DNA from: Thermoplasmata archaeon
Lineage (GTDB): Archaea; Thermoplasmatota; Thermoplasmata; Lutacidiplasmatales; UBA184
Assembly (NCBI GenBank): GCA_021809545.1
Contig: JAKAYL010000003.1
Span: forward strand, 4,990 to 68,989
Length of the DNA: 64,000 bases
Direction of reading: 5' to 3'
This document shows, piece by piece, positions 36,824 to 46,170 of the stretch. The notes beneath the pieces were generated by a model. The model had not been told where the DNA came from, did no database searches, and saw nothing but the letters and a program-made list of their open reading frames with translations. Every line of letters starts with the position of its first letter. Position 1 is the stretch's first letter. A program made the position numbers and the translations under genes.

Positions 36824-36976
36824 ATGCCATTCCCGGAAGCGACGGCACGACTGCTGGTAAAGAAGATCTGCATGAACTGCTCAGCCCGGAATTCGGTCCG
36901 GGCCGTACAGTGCCGGAAATGCGGGTACTCCGGGCTTCGCGTCAAGTCCAAGGAGAAGTCCGGCAAGACCAAGTAG
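36824..36976 (+). CDS. rpl40e: 50S ribosomal protein L40e
   Basis: Not in the ORF track (50 aa): [50 protein letters not shown], a C4 zinc-ribbon L40e pattern. SD GGAGGT lies 2 nt before the ATG and a TATA-like TAAAATAG about 30 nt upstream. Confidence 0.7.
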   Translation: MPFPEATARLLVKKICMNCSARNSVRAVQCRKCGYSGLRVKSKEKSGKTK

Positions 36977-37081
36977 GCAGCCTTCTCCCCCCGGGCCGCA
37001 GGAAGTCGGTCCGTACGCTGTCCCAGCGTGTCACAACAGCCTTTTCAATCCGTGGGACCTAGGCAGTGACCGGGTGGTCCA

Positions 37082-39226
37082 TTGCGGAACACAAAGAGCG
37101 AGTCAAGACCCCCCTCCCAGGATTCTTCCCCCTCTCCCCCCACTTCCCCGCCTACGAAGGAAGGGGTCATCTCCGCCCTGTGGGTCGAGGAGGGAAAGAT
37201 CCCTCCGCCTCCGCAACTGAAAGAACGAGCCCACGCTCCCGACGGTTCTATCTTCGACCGATTCTCCGAGGAGAGATTCCCCGAGTGCTTCCGCGAGTAT
37301 GCCGACATGCTGGAATGGTCGCGGCCCTGGGAGATGGTCCTCGACACCTCGGAGGCCCCCTTCTGGAAGTGGTTCACGGGTGGGGAACTTAACGCGAGCC
37401 ACAACTGCCTCGATCGTCATTTGGCCCGTCGGGGAGACAAGGTCGCCTACCACTTCGTCCCCGAGGACGAAAAGGAACCCCTCCAATCGCTCACCTATCG
37501 GGAACTTTACCGTCGGGTGAACGAGTTCGCCGTGCTCCTTCGGGAATTCGCGGGTCTACGCAAGGGAGACCGGGTGACGTTCCATCTTCCGATGACGCCT
37601 GAGCTCCCGATCTCCATGCTGGCGGCCGCCCGCCTCGGGGTCGTCCACTCCGAGGTCTTCGGGGGGTTCAGTGGGCAGGCCTGCGGGGCGAGGATCGCAG
37701 ACTCGGGGAGCAGCGTCCTCGTCACCCTCGACGGCTATGCCCGGAACGGCCGCACGATCGATCACAAGGCGAACGCCGACGTCGCCGTGGAAACCGCGCG
37801 GAAGCTCGGGCAGGAGGTCCGAAAGGTCCTGGTCTGGAGAAGGTACCCTGGCCGGGACCTTTCCCAGGCCCCGATGGTGGAGGGACGGGACTACTACGTG
37901 GACGAACTCCTGCCCCGGTTCCGGGGAACACAGGTTCCTCCCGAACCCGTGCGTTCGGAGGATCCCCTCTTCCTGATGTACACCAGTGGGACGACGGGCA
38001 AGCCGAAGGGGTGCCAGCACAGCACGGGGGGTTACCTTGCCTATGTCACCGGCACGTCCCGCTACGTCCTGGATCTCCAGGAGGACGACATCTACTGGTG
38101 CATGGCCGACATCGGTTGGATCACCGGGCATTCGTACATCGTCTACGGCCCGCTCTCGCTCGGCGCCACCTCTGTCCTCTATGAGGGCGTGCCGAGCTAC
38201 CCGGATGCCGCCCGCCCCTGGCGCCTCTCGGAATCCCTGGGGGTCACGGTCTTCCACACCTCCCCGACGGCGATCCGCCAGCTGAGAAAGTCCCTCCCCG
38301 AAGGCCCCCGGGGGCACAACGTCCGTTTCCGTCTCCTGACCACCGTGGGAGAACCCATAGAACCCGAGGTGTGGAAATGGTACTTCGACGTGGTCGGCGG
38401 GGGACGTGCGGCGATCACCGACACCTGGTGGCAGACGGAGACCGGGGGATTCCTCTGCAGCACGCTTCCCGCCGTGCATCCCATGAAGCCCGGGAGCGCC
38501 GGCCCACCTCTGCCCGGCATCTTTCCCGTGATCCTGGACGAGGACGGAAGGGAAGTGCCTAAGGGCATGGGGCACGCTGGCAACCTCTGCATCCGGAATC
38601 CCTGGCCCGGGGTCCTCCAGACGATCTGGGGAAGCCCCGAGAGGTACGTGGCGCAGTACTATCATCGGTACAGCAAGAAGCCCGGGAGCAAGGACTGGCG
38701 AGACTGGCCCTATCTCACGGGGGACGGGGCGATCGAGGGGGCCGACGGATACTTCCGGATCATAGGGAGGATCGACGATGTCATCAAGGTCGCCGGGCAC
38801 CGCCTGGGGGCCAAGGAGCTCGAGAGCGCCTGCCTCACGGTGCCGGAGGTGGCCGAAGCCGCCGCCGTCCCCCTGGCCGACGAGGTCAAGGGGCGGGTCC
38901 CCGACATCTACGTGTCCCTGAAGCCAGGGTCCGCTTCCTCTCCGGAGGTGGTCGACAAGGTGCGGCAATCGATTGTCGGCCTCATCGGGAAGATCGCCGC
39001 TCCACAGCACGTCTACGTCGTGGAGGACATGCCGAAGACCCGCTCCGGAAAGATCATGCGGCGGGTCCTCGCAGCCCTGTCGAACGGGGCGGACTGCGGG
39101 GACACCTCCACACTTGTGAACCCGGAGGTCGTGGAGAACATCCGTCGTACCGTGGGGACGGGCGCCTCCCCGAAGACCGGGCTCAGCCGCGAAGCGATCC
39201 TCCAAGAAGTGCGGGACCTGGATTGA
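37082..39226 (+). CDS. acs: acetyl-coenzyme A synthetase (AMP-forming)
   Basis: NCLDRHL..., YTSGTTGKPKG AMP-binding motif, ..WWQTETGG.., C-terminal ..KTRSGKIMRR.. The listed TTG start gives a ~30-aa longer N-terminus than typical Acs, so the true start may be further in. Confidence 0.85.
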   Translation: MRNTKSESRPPSQDSSPSPPTSPPTKEGVISALWVEEGKIPPPPQLKERAHAPDGSIFDRFSEERFPECFREYADMLEWSRPWEMVLDTSEAPFWKWFTGGELNASHNCLDRHLARRGDKVAYHFVPEDEKEPLQSLTYRELYRRVNEFAVLLREFAGLRKGDRVTFHLPMTPELPISMLAAARLGVVHSEVFGGFSGQACGARIADSGSSVLVTLDGYARNGRTIDHKANADVAVETARKLGQEVRKVLVWRRYPGRDLSQAPMVEGRDYYVDELLPRFRGTQVPPEPVRSEDPLFLMYTSGTTGKPKGCQHSTGGYLAYVTGTSRYVLDLQEDDIYWCMADIGWITGHSYIVYGPLSLGATSVLYEGVPSYPDAARPWRLSESLGVTVFHTSPTAIRQLRKSLPEGPRGHNVRFRLLTTVGEPIEPEVWKWYFDVVGGGRAAITDTWWQTETGGFLCSTLPAVHPMKPGSAGPPLPGIFPVILDEDGREVPKGMGHAGNLCIRNPWPGVLQTIWGSPERYVAQYYHRYSKKPGSKDWRDWPYLTGDGAIEGADGYFRIIGRIDDVIKVAGHRLGAKELESACLTVPEVAEAAAVPLADEVKGRVPDIYVSLKPGSASSPEVVDKVRQSIVGLIGKIAAPQHVYVVEDMPKTRSGKIMRRVLAALSNGADCGDTSTLVNPEVVENIRRTVGTGASPKTGLSREAILQEVRDLD

Positions 39227-39232
39227 ACGTTC

Positions 39233-41236
39233 CTACTCGAGCGATCCGATCGAGGTGGTCTCGCTGGGAGGGGCCGACTTCTGGCCACCGTGCATCGCCT
39301 GACTCTTCATCGCGACCATCTTCTTCTGCTTGACCCTCGTCCCGACCCCGATGGCGGTGAATACGCCAACAAAGCCCGCGGAGACGATCCCCTGACCGGC
39401 GGGGGTCGCCACGATCTGTCCGACCAAGGAGGGCTGAGAGACGCTCGTGATCACGGACTGGCTCACCGGGTTGCCCACGGGGACATTGACACCCACCGGG
39501 TTGCCCACTCCGACCGGGTTCAGAACCGGCATCCCCGGTGGCGGGGGCGGCGGGGGTGGGGGCGGAGGAGGCGGTGGGGGCGGGGGCTCCACCGGGTTGG
39601 GTGAGATCACGAGGATGGGGGCGGGAGGGAGTGAGATCTCGCCGGAGTTCCCGCAGTAGTCCTGGTACGCGACCCAGCTTCCGCTCGTCGCGTTGGGGAC
39701 CCCTCCGCACGTGACGCCGTAGTTCGAGACGGAGGAACTGCACAGGTTAAGCGGGATGTTCACGTTGTAGGGCGGGCCTGTGGCCTGCACGTTGAACGAC
39801 CCGGTCCACGAATCGCCCGCGGCGAACCCCTGACCTGGCCCCCAGTAGAAACCGATCTGATCAGGTCCGAGGAGCAAGGCGTGGCAGCCCGACACGGGAC
39901 CCGAGGGGGAATTGCAGGTGGTCGAGGCGTTGAGCGGGTTTCCGAACTGGATGTTCGGGGCGAGGGTCACGCTGAACAGTGGGGGATTATAGGTCGAGGG
40001 GAGGGGGAAGAGCGGACCTCCGGTGCTGTTCGCATAGAAGGTGGTCGTGGCCACTTCGGGAGCCGCGCAGGTGCCCGCCGTACCGTTCTTGCAGATCCGG
40101 TCAGGGTTCGTCGTGGCCCCCATCGTCACAGCGGGGGCAAGGGGATTCACTACGAACTGAACGTTGACTCCAAACCCCGGGCCGACGCTGAGGGTGGCCG
40201 GGAAGCTTGTCTGAGTCCCGTTCACGAGGGTCTGGGCTAGCGCGAACCCCGGTGGCGGCGTGACCGAGACGGTGTATCCGTTGCTGACGTCCCCGGGCGG
40301 AAACTCGCTCTGCGGGATCTCCAGACCCCAGCTGCCGTCCGGAGCCGAGACGAGCGTGTAGGACCACTGGTTACCGTAGTTGGCCGTCACGGTGACGGTA
40401 AGCCCGGAGACGGGTTTCGCTCCCCCCGGGCAGTTGCAGGTCACGGAGCCGTAAATGGCCGACTGGGGGAAGTAGGTCTGCGTGCCCCCGGGTCCGGCTC
40501 CGCCGGCGTTCAGGAGCCCAGAACCGTACGGGTCTCCCTGGTTCGTGTAGAACCAGTAGGAGAGCGCCGCAGGGCCTCCGCAGCACTCCTCGTAGGCCAC
40601 ATGCATGTAGTAAAGCCCGGTCAGGGTGGTCAGGCCCCCGTTGTTGTATGTCCAGCCGCTGGGACAGCCGTATCCGCAGCCGGAGGGAGAGCCGACCACG
40701 AAGTTGTAGTTCGTCGAGGTCTCCAGCGCACCCGGCGATATCGAAGGATATTGGTCTAGAAAGATGGAAGCCCCATCGTCCGAACCGATGTTCACCTGGT
40801 AGGTCCCGGCCTGGAGGTTGCCCGATTGCGGACTGGTGGCGAAGTAGATTGGGAAGGTCTGCATCCCGACGTAACAGACTCCGCCGCTGCTTCCCAGGAC
40901 GTTCGGGTAGTTGGCGGAGATGTTGCCGGGGCAGTATTCGTTCTGCCCGGTAGAGCAATCGTAGCAGTCGTAGGCCCCGCCATCGCGAGGCGGGAAAGAA
41001 AAGATCTGCGGCGCCCCCCAGGGCCAGCTGTCGTACCAGGTCACGGGTGCGCCCATGCATCCGGAGCTGCAGAGACCTTGCGGCTGGGAAACCGCGGGGG
41101 CGGGCAACTGCGCCGGATAGGAAGGTGCCGCTGGAACGTGGGTGGCCGTCGCAACAGGGGAGGCGTAGAGCGCTAGGGTCAGGAGTACAAAGGAGAACCC
41201 AACGATTAGCAGGCGGCCTGCCTTCAACGCGCTCAA
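39233..41236 (-). CDS. secreted Cys-rich surface protein with PA14-like motif, poly-proline linker and C-terminal membrane anchor
   Basis: N-terminal signal peptide (MSALKAGRLLIVGFSFVLLTLALYA), many Cys and N-x-S/T sequons, GTYQVNIGSDDGASIFLD (PA14-like), a run of 18 consecutive Pro, then a hydrophobic segment plus a K-rich tail. Confidence 0.45.
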   Translation of the reverse strand: MSALKAGRLLIVGFSFVLLTLALYASPVATATHVPAAPSYPAQLPAPAVSQPQGLCSSGCMGAPVTWYDSWPWGAPQIFSFPPRDGGAYDCYDCSTGQNEYCPGNISANYPNVLGSSGGVCYVGMQTFPIYFATSPQSGNLQAGTYQVNIGSDDGASIFLDQYPSISPGALETSTNYNFVVGSPSGCGYGCPSGWTYNNGGLTTLTGLYYMHVAYEECCGGPAALSYWFYTNQGDPYGSGLLNAGGAGPGGTQTYFPQSAIYGSVTCNCPGGAKPVSGLTVTVTANYGNQWSYTLVSAPDGSWGLEIPQSEFPPGDVSNGYTVSVTPPPGFALAQTLVNGTQTSFPATLSVGPGFGVNVQFVVNPLAPAVTMGATTNPDRICKNGTAGTCAAPEVATTTFYANSTGGPLFPLPSTYNPPLFSVTLAPNIQFGNPLNASTTCNSPSGPVSGCHALLLGPDQIGFYWGPGQGFAAGDSWTGSFNVQATGPPYNVNIPLNLCSSSVSNYGVTCGGVPNATSGSWVAYQDYCGNSGEISLPPAPILVISPNPVEPPPPPPPPPPPPPPPPPGMPVLNPVGVGNPVGVNVPVGNPVSQSVITSVSQPSLVGQIVATPAGQGIVSAGFVGVFTAIGVGTRVKQKKMVAMKSQAMHGGQKSAPPSETTSIGSLE

Positions 41237-41266
41237 CCCATAGTATGCTATGGGCAGCGAGTTATT

Positions 41267-41701
41267 TTAACTTATGGTCCGTAGTCGTTTCAGCATCTTC
41301 ACGACGGCACGTACAGCGTCCGCGGACTTCTCGATCCGGTCCTGAGCCTGGCTCCGGGACTCTCCCGGTCCGGAGATCCCGAGCCCGAGGGGCTTCCCTT
41401 CTTGCACTGAGATGTCCAGGAGTTTCCGGGCCGATTGGTTGGCGACCAGCTCGTCGTGGCTGGTCTCGCCCTCGATGACCGCGCCCAGCACCACCACGGC
41501 GTCCACCTTCGGCAGCTTCATCAGCCGCTGGACGGCGAGGGGCATGTCGAAGACTCCCGGGACCTTCACCACGCTGGTGAGTTCTGCCCCGAGGAACTCG
41601 ATCTCCTCGCGGGCACGCTCCACCATGAGCGAGGTCACATCGTAGTTGAACTCGCTCGCGACGACGGCCAGACGCATATGGGCTCCCGCTCCTTCAGGCA
41701 T
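41267..41701 (-). CDS. ribH: 6,7-dimethyl-8-ribityllumazine synthase
   Basis: MRLAVVASEFNYDVTSLMVERAREEIEFLGAE...VPGVFDMPLAVQRL...VVLGAVIEGETSHDELVANQSARK...LGISGPGESRSQAQDRIEKSADAVRAVVKMLKRL. The start is ATG 41701 or ATG 41677; the listed ORF to 41983 is over-extended. Confidence 0.75.
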   Translation of the reverse strand: MPEGAGAHMRLAVVASEFNYDVTSLMVERAREEIEFLGAELTSVVKVPGVFDMPLAVQRLMKLPKVDAVVVLGAVIEGETSHDELVANQSARKLLDISVQEGKPLGLGISGPGESRSQAQDRIEKSADAVRAVVKMLKRLRTIS

Positions 41702-42203
41702 ACTTTGCGATACCATTTCCAAAACCCCGTTTCCTGCGATGAGAACCCGACGGCCCGGCATCCGGGAAGCCCTGGCGGGCCCCGGTCCCGGCGCGGTGGG
41801 AGAGTTCCTCCGGCCGGAAGAGCATCCAGTACGCATTGAGCGCGTGCTCCTCGGTCCGTCGGCGAGCAAGTTCGGAGAGGTCGCGGTCGTTCTCGACCTC
41901 GCCCTCGAAGACAAAGACCTCCACGATGGGCCGCTCGACCTTGAGCCCCGCGGCGATGAGCCCCTGGCTCGCCTCGTGGGCACAGACCTTGTCGTACTCG
42001 GCCCGACCTGGCATCCCGAGCGCCATCACGAGATCGGCACCCTCCCGGAAGAGCGTGAGGGAGGCGACCGGGAGGTCCTTGATGCCCGGGACGGTCTTGC
42101 GCTGGATCCGGATCGATCCCCCGGTGTCCCGGAGCGCTCGCGCAGCGATCGACCCGAGGTTGACCCGGGAGAAGGCGGTGTCGACTACGCCCACGGTCTT
42201 CAC
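41694..42203 (-). CDS. ribC: archaeal-type riboflavin synthase
   Basis: VKTVGVVDTAFSRVNLGSIAARAL...IRIQRKTVPGIKDLPVASLTL...DLVMALGMPGRAEYDKVCAHEASQGLI matches the MJ1184-type archaeal riboflavin synthase. GTG start at 42203 overlaps the ribL TGA (GTGA). Confidence 0.7.
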   Translation of the reverse strand: MKTVGVVDTAFSRVNLGSIAARALRDTGGSIRIQRKTVPGIKDLPVASLTLFREGADLVMALGMPGRAEYDKVCAHEASQGLIAAGLKVERPIVEVFVFEGEVENDRDLSELARRRTEEHALNAYWMLFRPEELSHRAGTGARQGFPDAGPSGSHRRKRGFGNGIAKYA

Positions 42204-42637
42204 GACTTCCCTCCTAGGGAACCGTTCATCGCCAGGATCCGGCCGATGATCCCGCGGGTCGACAAGGTGCTCTCTCGGATCCCGCTGACCCGGACCACCC
42301 GCGCCGGAACGCCGTGCTTCGCACATCCTTCCTCGATATCCTTCTCGTCCCAATGTTGATTGAATCCGAGGGCGATGACGTCGGGGCGTACCTTGACCAC
42401 CGTGTCGAACATGTCCTTTTCCGACCCCAGGATCGCAGAATCCACGGGCTTGAGGGCTTCGACCATGATCCGGCGTGCCTCCTCTCCGACGATGGGCTCC
42501 CGTTTGAGCTTCCGGACGGTCACATCCCGGGCCACGACCACCACGAGCTCATTCCCGAGCTTCTTTGCCTCGGTAAGATAGTGAAGATGCCCGGGGTGCA
42601 GCAGATCGAAGACCCCGGTGGCCATCACACGGACCAT
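42200..42637 (-). CDS. ribL: FAD synthase, archaeal cytidylyltransferase type (RibL)
   Basis: VMATGVFDLLHPGHLHYLTEAKKLGNELVVVVARD...IVGEEARRIMVEALKPVDSAILG (nucleotidyltransferase HxGH motif, RibL-like). Confidence 0.65.
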   Translation of the reverse strand: MVRVMATGVFDLLHPGHLHYLTEAKKLGNELVVVVARDVTVRKLKREPIVGEEARRIMVEALKPVDSAILGSEKDMFDTVVKVRPDVIALGFNQHWDEKDIEEGCAKHGVPARVVRVSGIRESTLSTRGIIGRILAMNGSLGGKS

Positions 42638-43377
42638 CTCAACCACGCCTGGGTCAGTTCCTTTCCATCTACAAAAGCCCATCCCCTGGACCGGGCCCTC
42701 TCCAGGGCCTCCCTCCGGGGAAGGGCTCCCCCGTCCTCCCCTAGCATCTCCATCAGGGCGAGGGACGGGGTCAGGTGCCCCATTTGGGCAAGGGCTGTCG
42801 AGAGCTCTGTGTGACCGCGGCGTTCCCGCAGGAGTCCTGGGGAGGGGTGAAGGAGCGGTACGTGTCCCGGGACCAGGAACTCGCGGGAGAACCGGTCCGT
42901 GAGTTCCCCGTCTTTCTGGCCTTCGGAGTCCCGGACGAACCGGCCCACCGCAGAGATGGTGGCCGAGCGGTCGCGGTCCGTGACCCCCGTGAAGGTGTCC
43001 CTTGAGTTGACCCAGATCCCGAAGGCACTGCGTCGGTCGTAGGGGAGCGACTTCGGGATCAACTTCCCCAGGACGGCGTGCTTTGCGCCGAGTTCCTCCA
43101 GAAGATCATGCTGGTAGCCCAGTCCGATGCGAGAAACGAGCCCTAACGGCATCGTCACACAGAGCAGTCCACCGGCCTCCTCCCGCATCAGGCGGATCTT
43201 CTGCGGGGTGGCCTTCTCGGCCAGGAGCACGATGTCGGTCTCGGCCTCCCGGCCCGGATCGTCAAAGAGAAGAACCGGCTCGCCCCTCGCCAGCGCTGCG
43301 ATCGCCAACTCGAGGGAGTCCCCTCGCTCGGGTGTCGGCAACGGCGTAGCCAGCGGCTTTCCGGGAATGACCGCCAT
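42625..43377 (-). CDS. ribB: 3,4-dihydroxy-2-butanone 4-phosphate synthase
   Basis: LLFDDPGREAETDIVLLAEKATPQKIRLMREEAGGLLCVTM (DHBP synthase core). TATA TTTATATA (minus strand) lies about 25 nt upstream at 43399-43408. Confidence 0.75.
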   Translation of the reverse strand: MAVIPGKPLATPLPTPERGDSLELAIAALARGEPVLLFDDPGREAETDIVLLAEKATPQKIRLMREEAGGLLCVTMPLGLVSRIGLGYQHDLLEELGAKHAVLGKLIPKSLPYDRRSAFGIWVNSRDTFTGVTDRDRSATISAVGRFVRDSEGQKDGELTDRFSREFLVPGHVPLLHPSPGLLRERRGHTELSTALAQMGHLTPSLALMEMLGEDGGALPRREALERARSRGWAFVDGKELTQAWLRWSV

Positions 43378-43398
43378 GCCCCTGGGAGGAGGATGGCG

Positions 43399-43408
43399 AT
43401 ATATAAAG
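43399..43408 (-). promoter_or_regulatory. AT-rich TATA-like element (TTTATATAT on minus) for the ribB operon, inside the 16S trailer
   Basis: Located between the rRNA processing-stem half (43434-43448) and the ribB ATG (43377), about 25 nt upstream of it. Confidence 0.35.
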
Positions 43409-43489
43409 TTCTTGTATTTACTAAGGTTTTTGTAGGTGACCCCATGGGACTGGAAAGGTAAACGGTGATTCCCGCCACAAGTACGACTC

Positions 43490-44960
<1,471 letters not shown>

Positions 44961-45097
44961 TACTTTTATTCTTCTTTAGGGAATACATTCTTTAGAGCCT
45001 TAACTTGCTAGCATCTCTCACCGTTCTAGCCTTTCCAGCGTCAGCCGCAAGAGGTCACCCTGCCCCGAAGGGCAGGGGGTATCTTGGGCTCCATTCC

Positions 45098-45112
45098 CCC
45101 ATGGGGTCACCT
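45098..45112 (-). other. 16S pre-rRNA processing stem, leader half (pairs with trailer 43434-43448)
   Basis: Leader RNA AGGUGACCCCAUGGG is the exact reverse complement of trailer CCCAUGGGGUCACCU, a 15-bp helix bracketing the 16S gene as expected for a bulge-helix-bulge processing stem. Confidence 0.6.
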
Positions 45113-45217
45113 GTGGCACTCAACTTGGAACTCCGGTTCATGTGTCCCCGGATCGCCTTGTGAGTGCCGCGGAGAACGCCCTTGCGGACGTTCTGCAGGT
45201 AACTACTACACCGTGGC

Positions 45218-46069
45218 CTATTTAAGGTTGTTCAGCCGTTCTCTCTCCGCCGGCGCACGGGGCCGGTGGAAGGCGGGAGGACGCTTCTCGTTGAAGGCCC
45301 GGATCCCTTCGGAAAGTTCCTCTCCCCAGGCGGCCTCGACCATGCCCCGTCGCTCCAGTTCCATCTGGCGCTGGAGGCTGTTGTGAAAGGCTTCCGCAAG
45401 CAGTCGCTTCATGGAGGTGAAGGCCCGGATGGGTCCCCGCGCCATCTCTTGGGCCTTCTCGAGAGCCCGGGACTGCAGGTTTTCGAGAGGTACCACCTCA
45501 TGGAAGAGCGAGAGCTCGTGCGCCCGCTGAGCGGTGACTTTCCCCTTCCCGTAAAGTACCTCTTGGGCGCCTCCGATGCCCAGGTAGTGGGGAAGGAAGA
45601 ACGTCAGGCCCCCGTCCGGAACCCCGCCCAGGGAGGGAAAGGCGGGGACGAGGGAGGCTTCGGTGGAGGCGATCCTCCAGTCGCAGGCCAAGGTGATCGA
45701 CATTCCGCCTCCGGCGGCGACACCCGGGATGGCTGCGATAACAGGTTTGGCCATCTCCACGATCTCCTTGATGACTCCTTCCTGCTCATCGACGAGCTCA
45801 TGGAAGAGGCGGGGGAGGGTCCCCTTCGCCAACCATTCCGACATCTCGCGGACGTCCCCCCCGGCAGAGAACGCCTTGCCCGATCCGGTGAGAACGACGG
45901 CACGGATCTCCGGGTCCTGGGCGACGTCTTGCATGACCCGGTGAAGCCCTCGCATCTCGTCCGCGCCAAGGGCGTTGAGACGGTCAGCCCGGTCGATGGT
46001 GATTCTGGCGACCGAGTCGAATCGTTCGAGCTTCAGAGTCTTGACACCTTCTGCCATGGAGGTCGGCAT
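45218..46069 (-). CDS. enoyl-CoA hydratase/isomerase (crotonase) family protein
   Basis: ..VVLTGSGKAFSAGGDVREM.. (oxyanion-hole motif), ..AAIPGVAAGGGMSITLACDWRIAS.., and a C-terminal ..GIRAFNEKRPPAF. Confidence 0.75.
   Translation of the reverse strand: MPTSMAEGVKTLKLERFDSVARITIDRADRLNALGADEMRGLHRVMQDVAQDPEIRAVVLTGSGKAFSAGGDVREMSEWLAKGTLPRLFHELVDEQEGVIKEIVEMAKPVIAAIPGVAAGGGMSITLACDWRIASTEASLVPAFPSLGGVPDGGLTFFLPHYLGIGGAQEVLYGKGKVTAQRAHELSLFHEVVPLENLQSRALEKAQEMARGPIRAFTSMKRLLAEAFHNSLQRQMELERRGMVEAAWGEELSEGIRAFNEKRPPAFHRPRAPAERERLNNLK
45219..45226 (-). promoter_or_regulatory. putative rRNA promoter TATA box (TTAAATAG on the minus strand)
   Basis: AT-rich TATA-like element about 260 nt upstream of the 16S 5' end. 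It overlaps the stop codon/last codons of the crotonase gene. Confidence 0.35.
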
Positions 46070-46170
46070 TCTCAGGAAATATAGAAGAGTGTCTTGTCGC
46101 CGCGGGGTACCCCCGTCCGGGAATGCAATCCGTTACCTGCCCGAGGTACGAACGTTGGGGGAGGGGCCCC

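Noticed and set aside
37556-39205. 549-aa ORF antisense to acs
   Set aside because: Same reasoning: acs has unmistakable AMP-binding motifs and the antisense translation is R/G/P/A-rich junk.
39540-39595. Simple GGCGGGGGYGG-type DNA repeat that could be mistaken for a repeat array
   Set aside because: It is the coding sequence for an 18-residue poly-proline linker in the PA14-like surface protein on the minus strand. There are no spacers or direct-repeat periodicity, so it is not a CRISPR.
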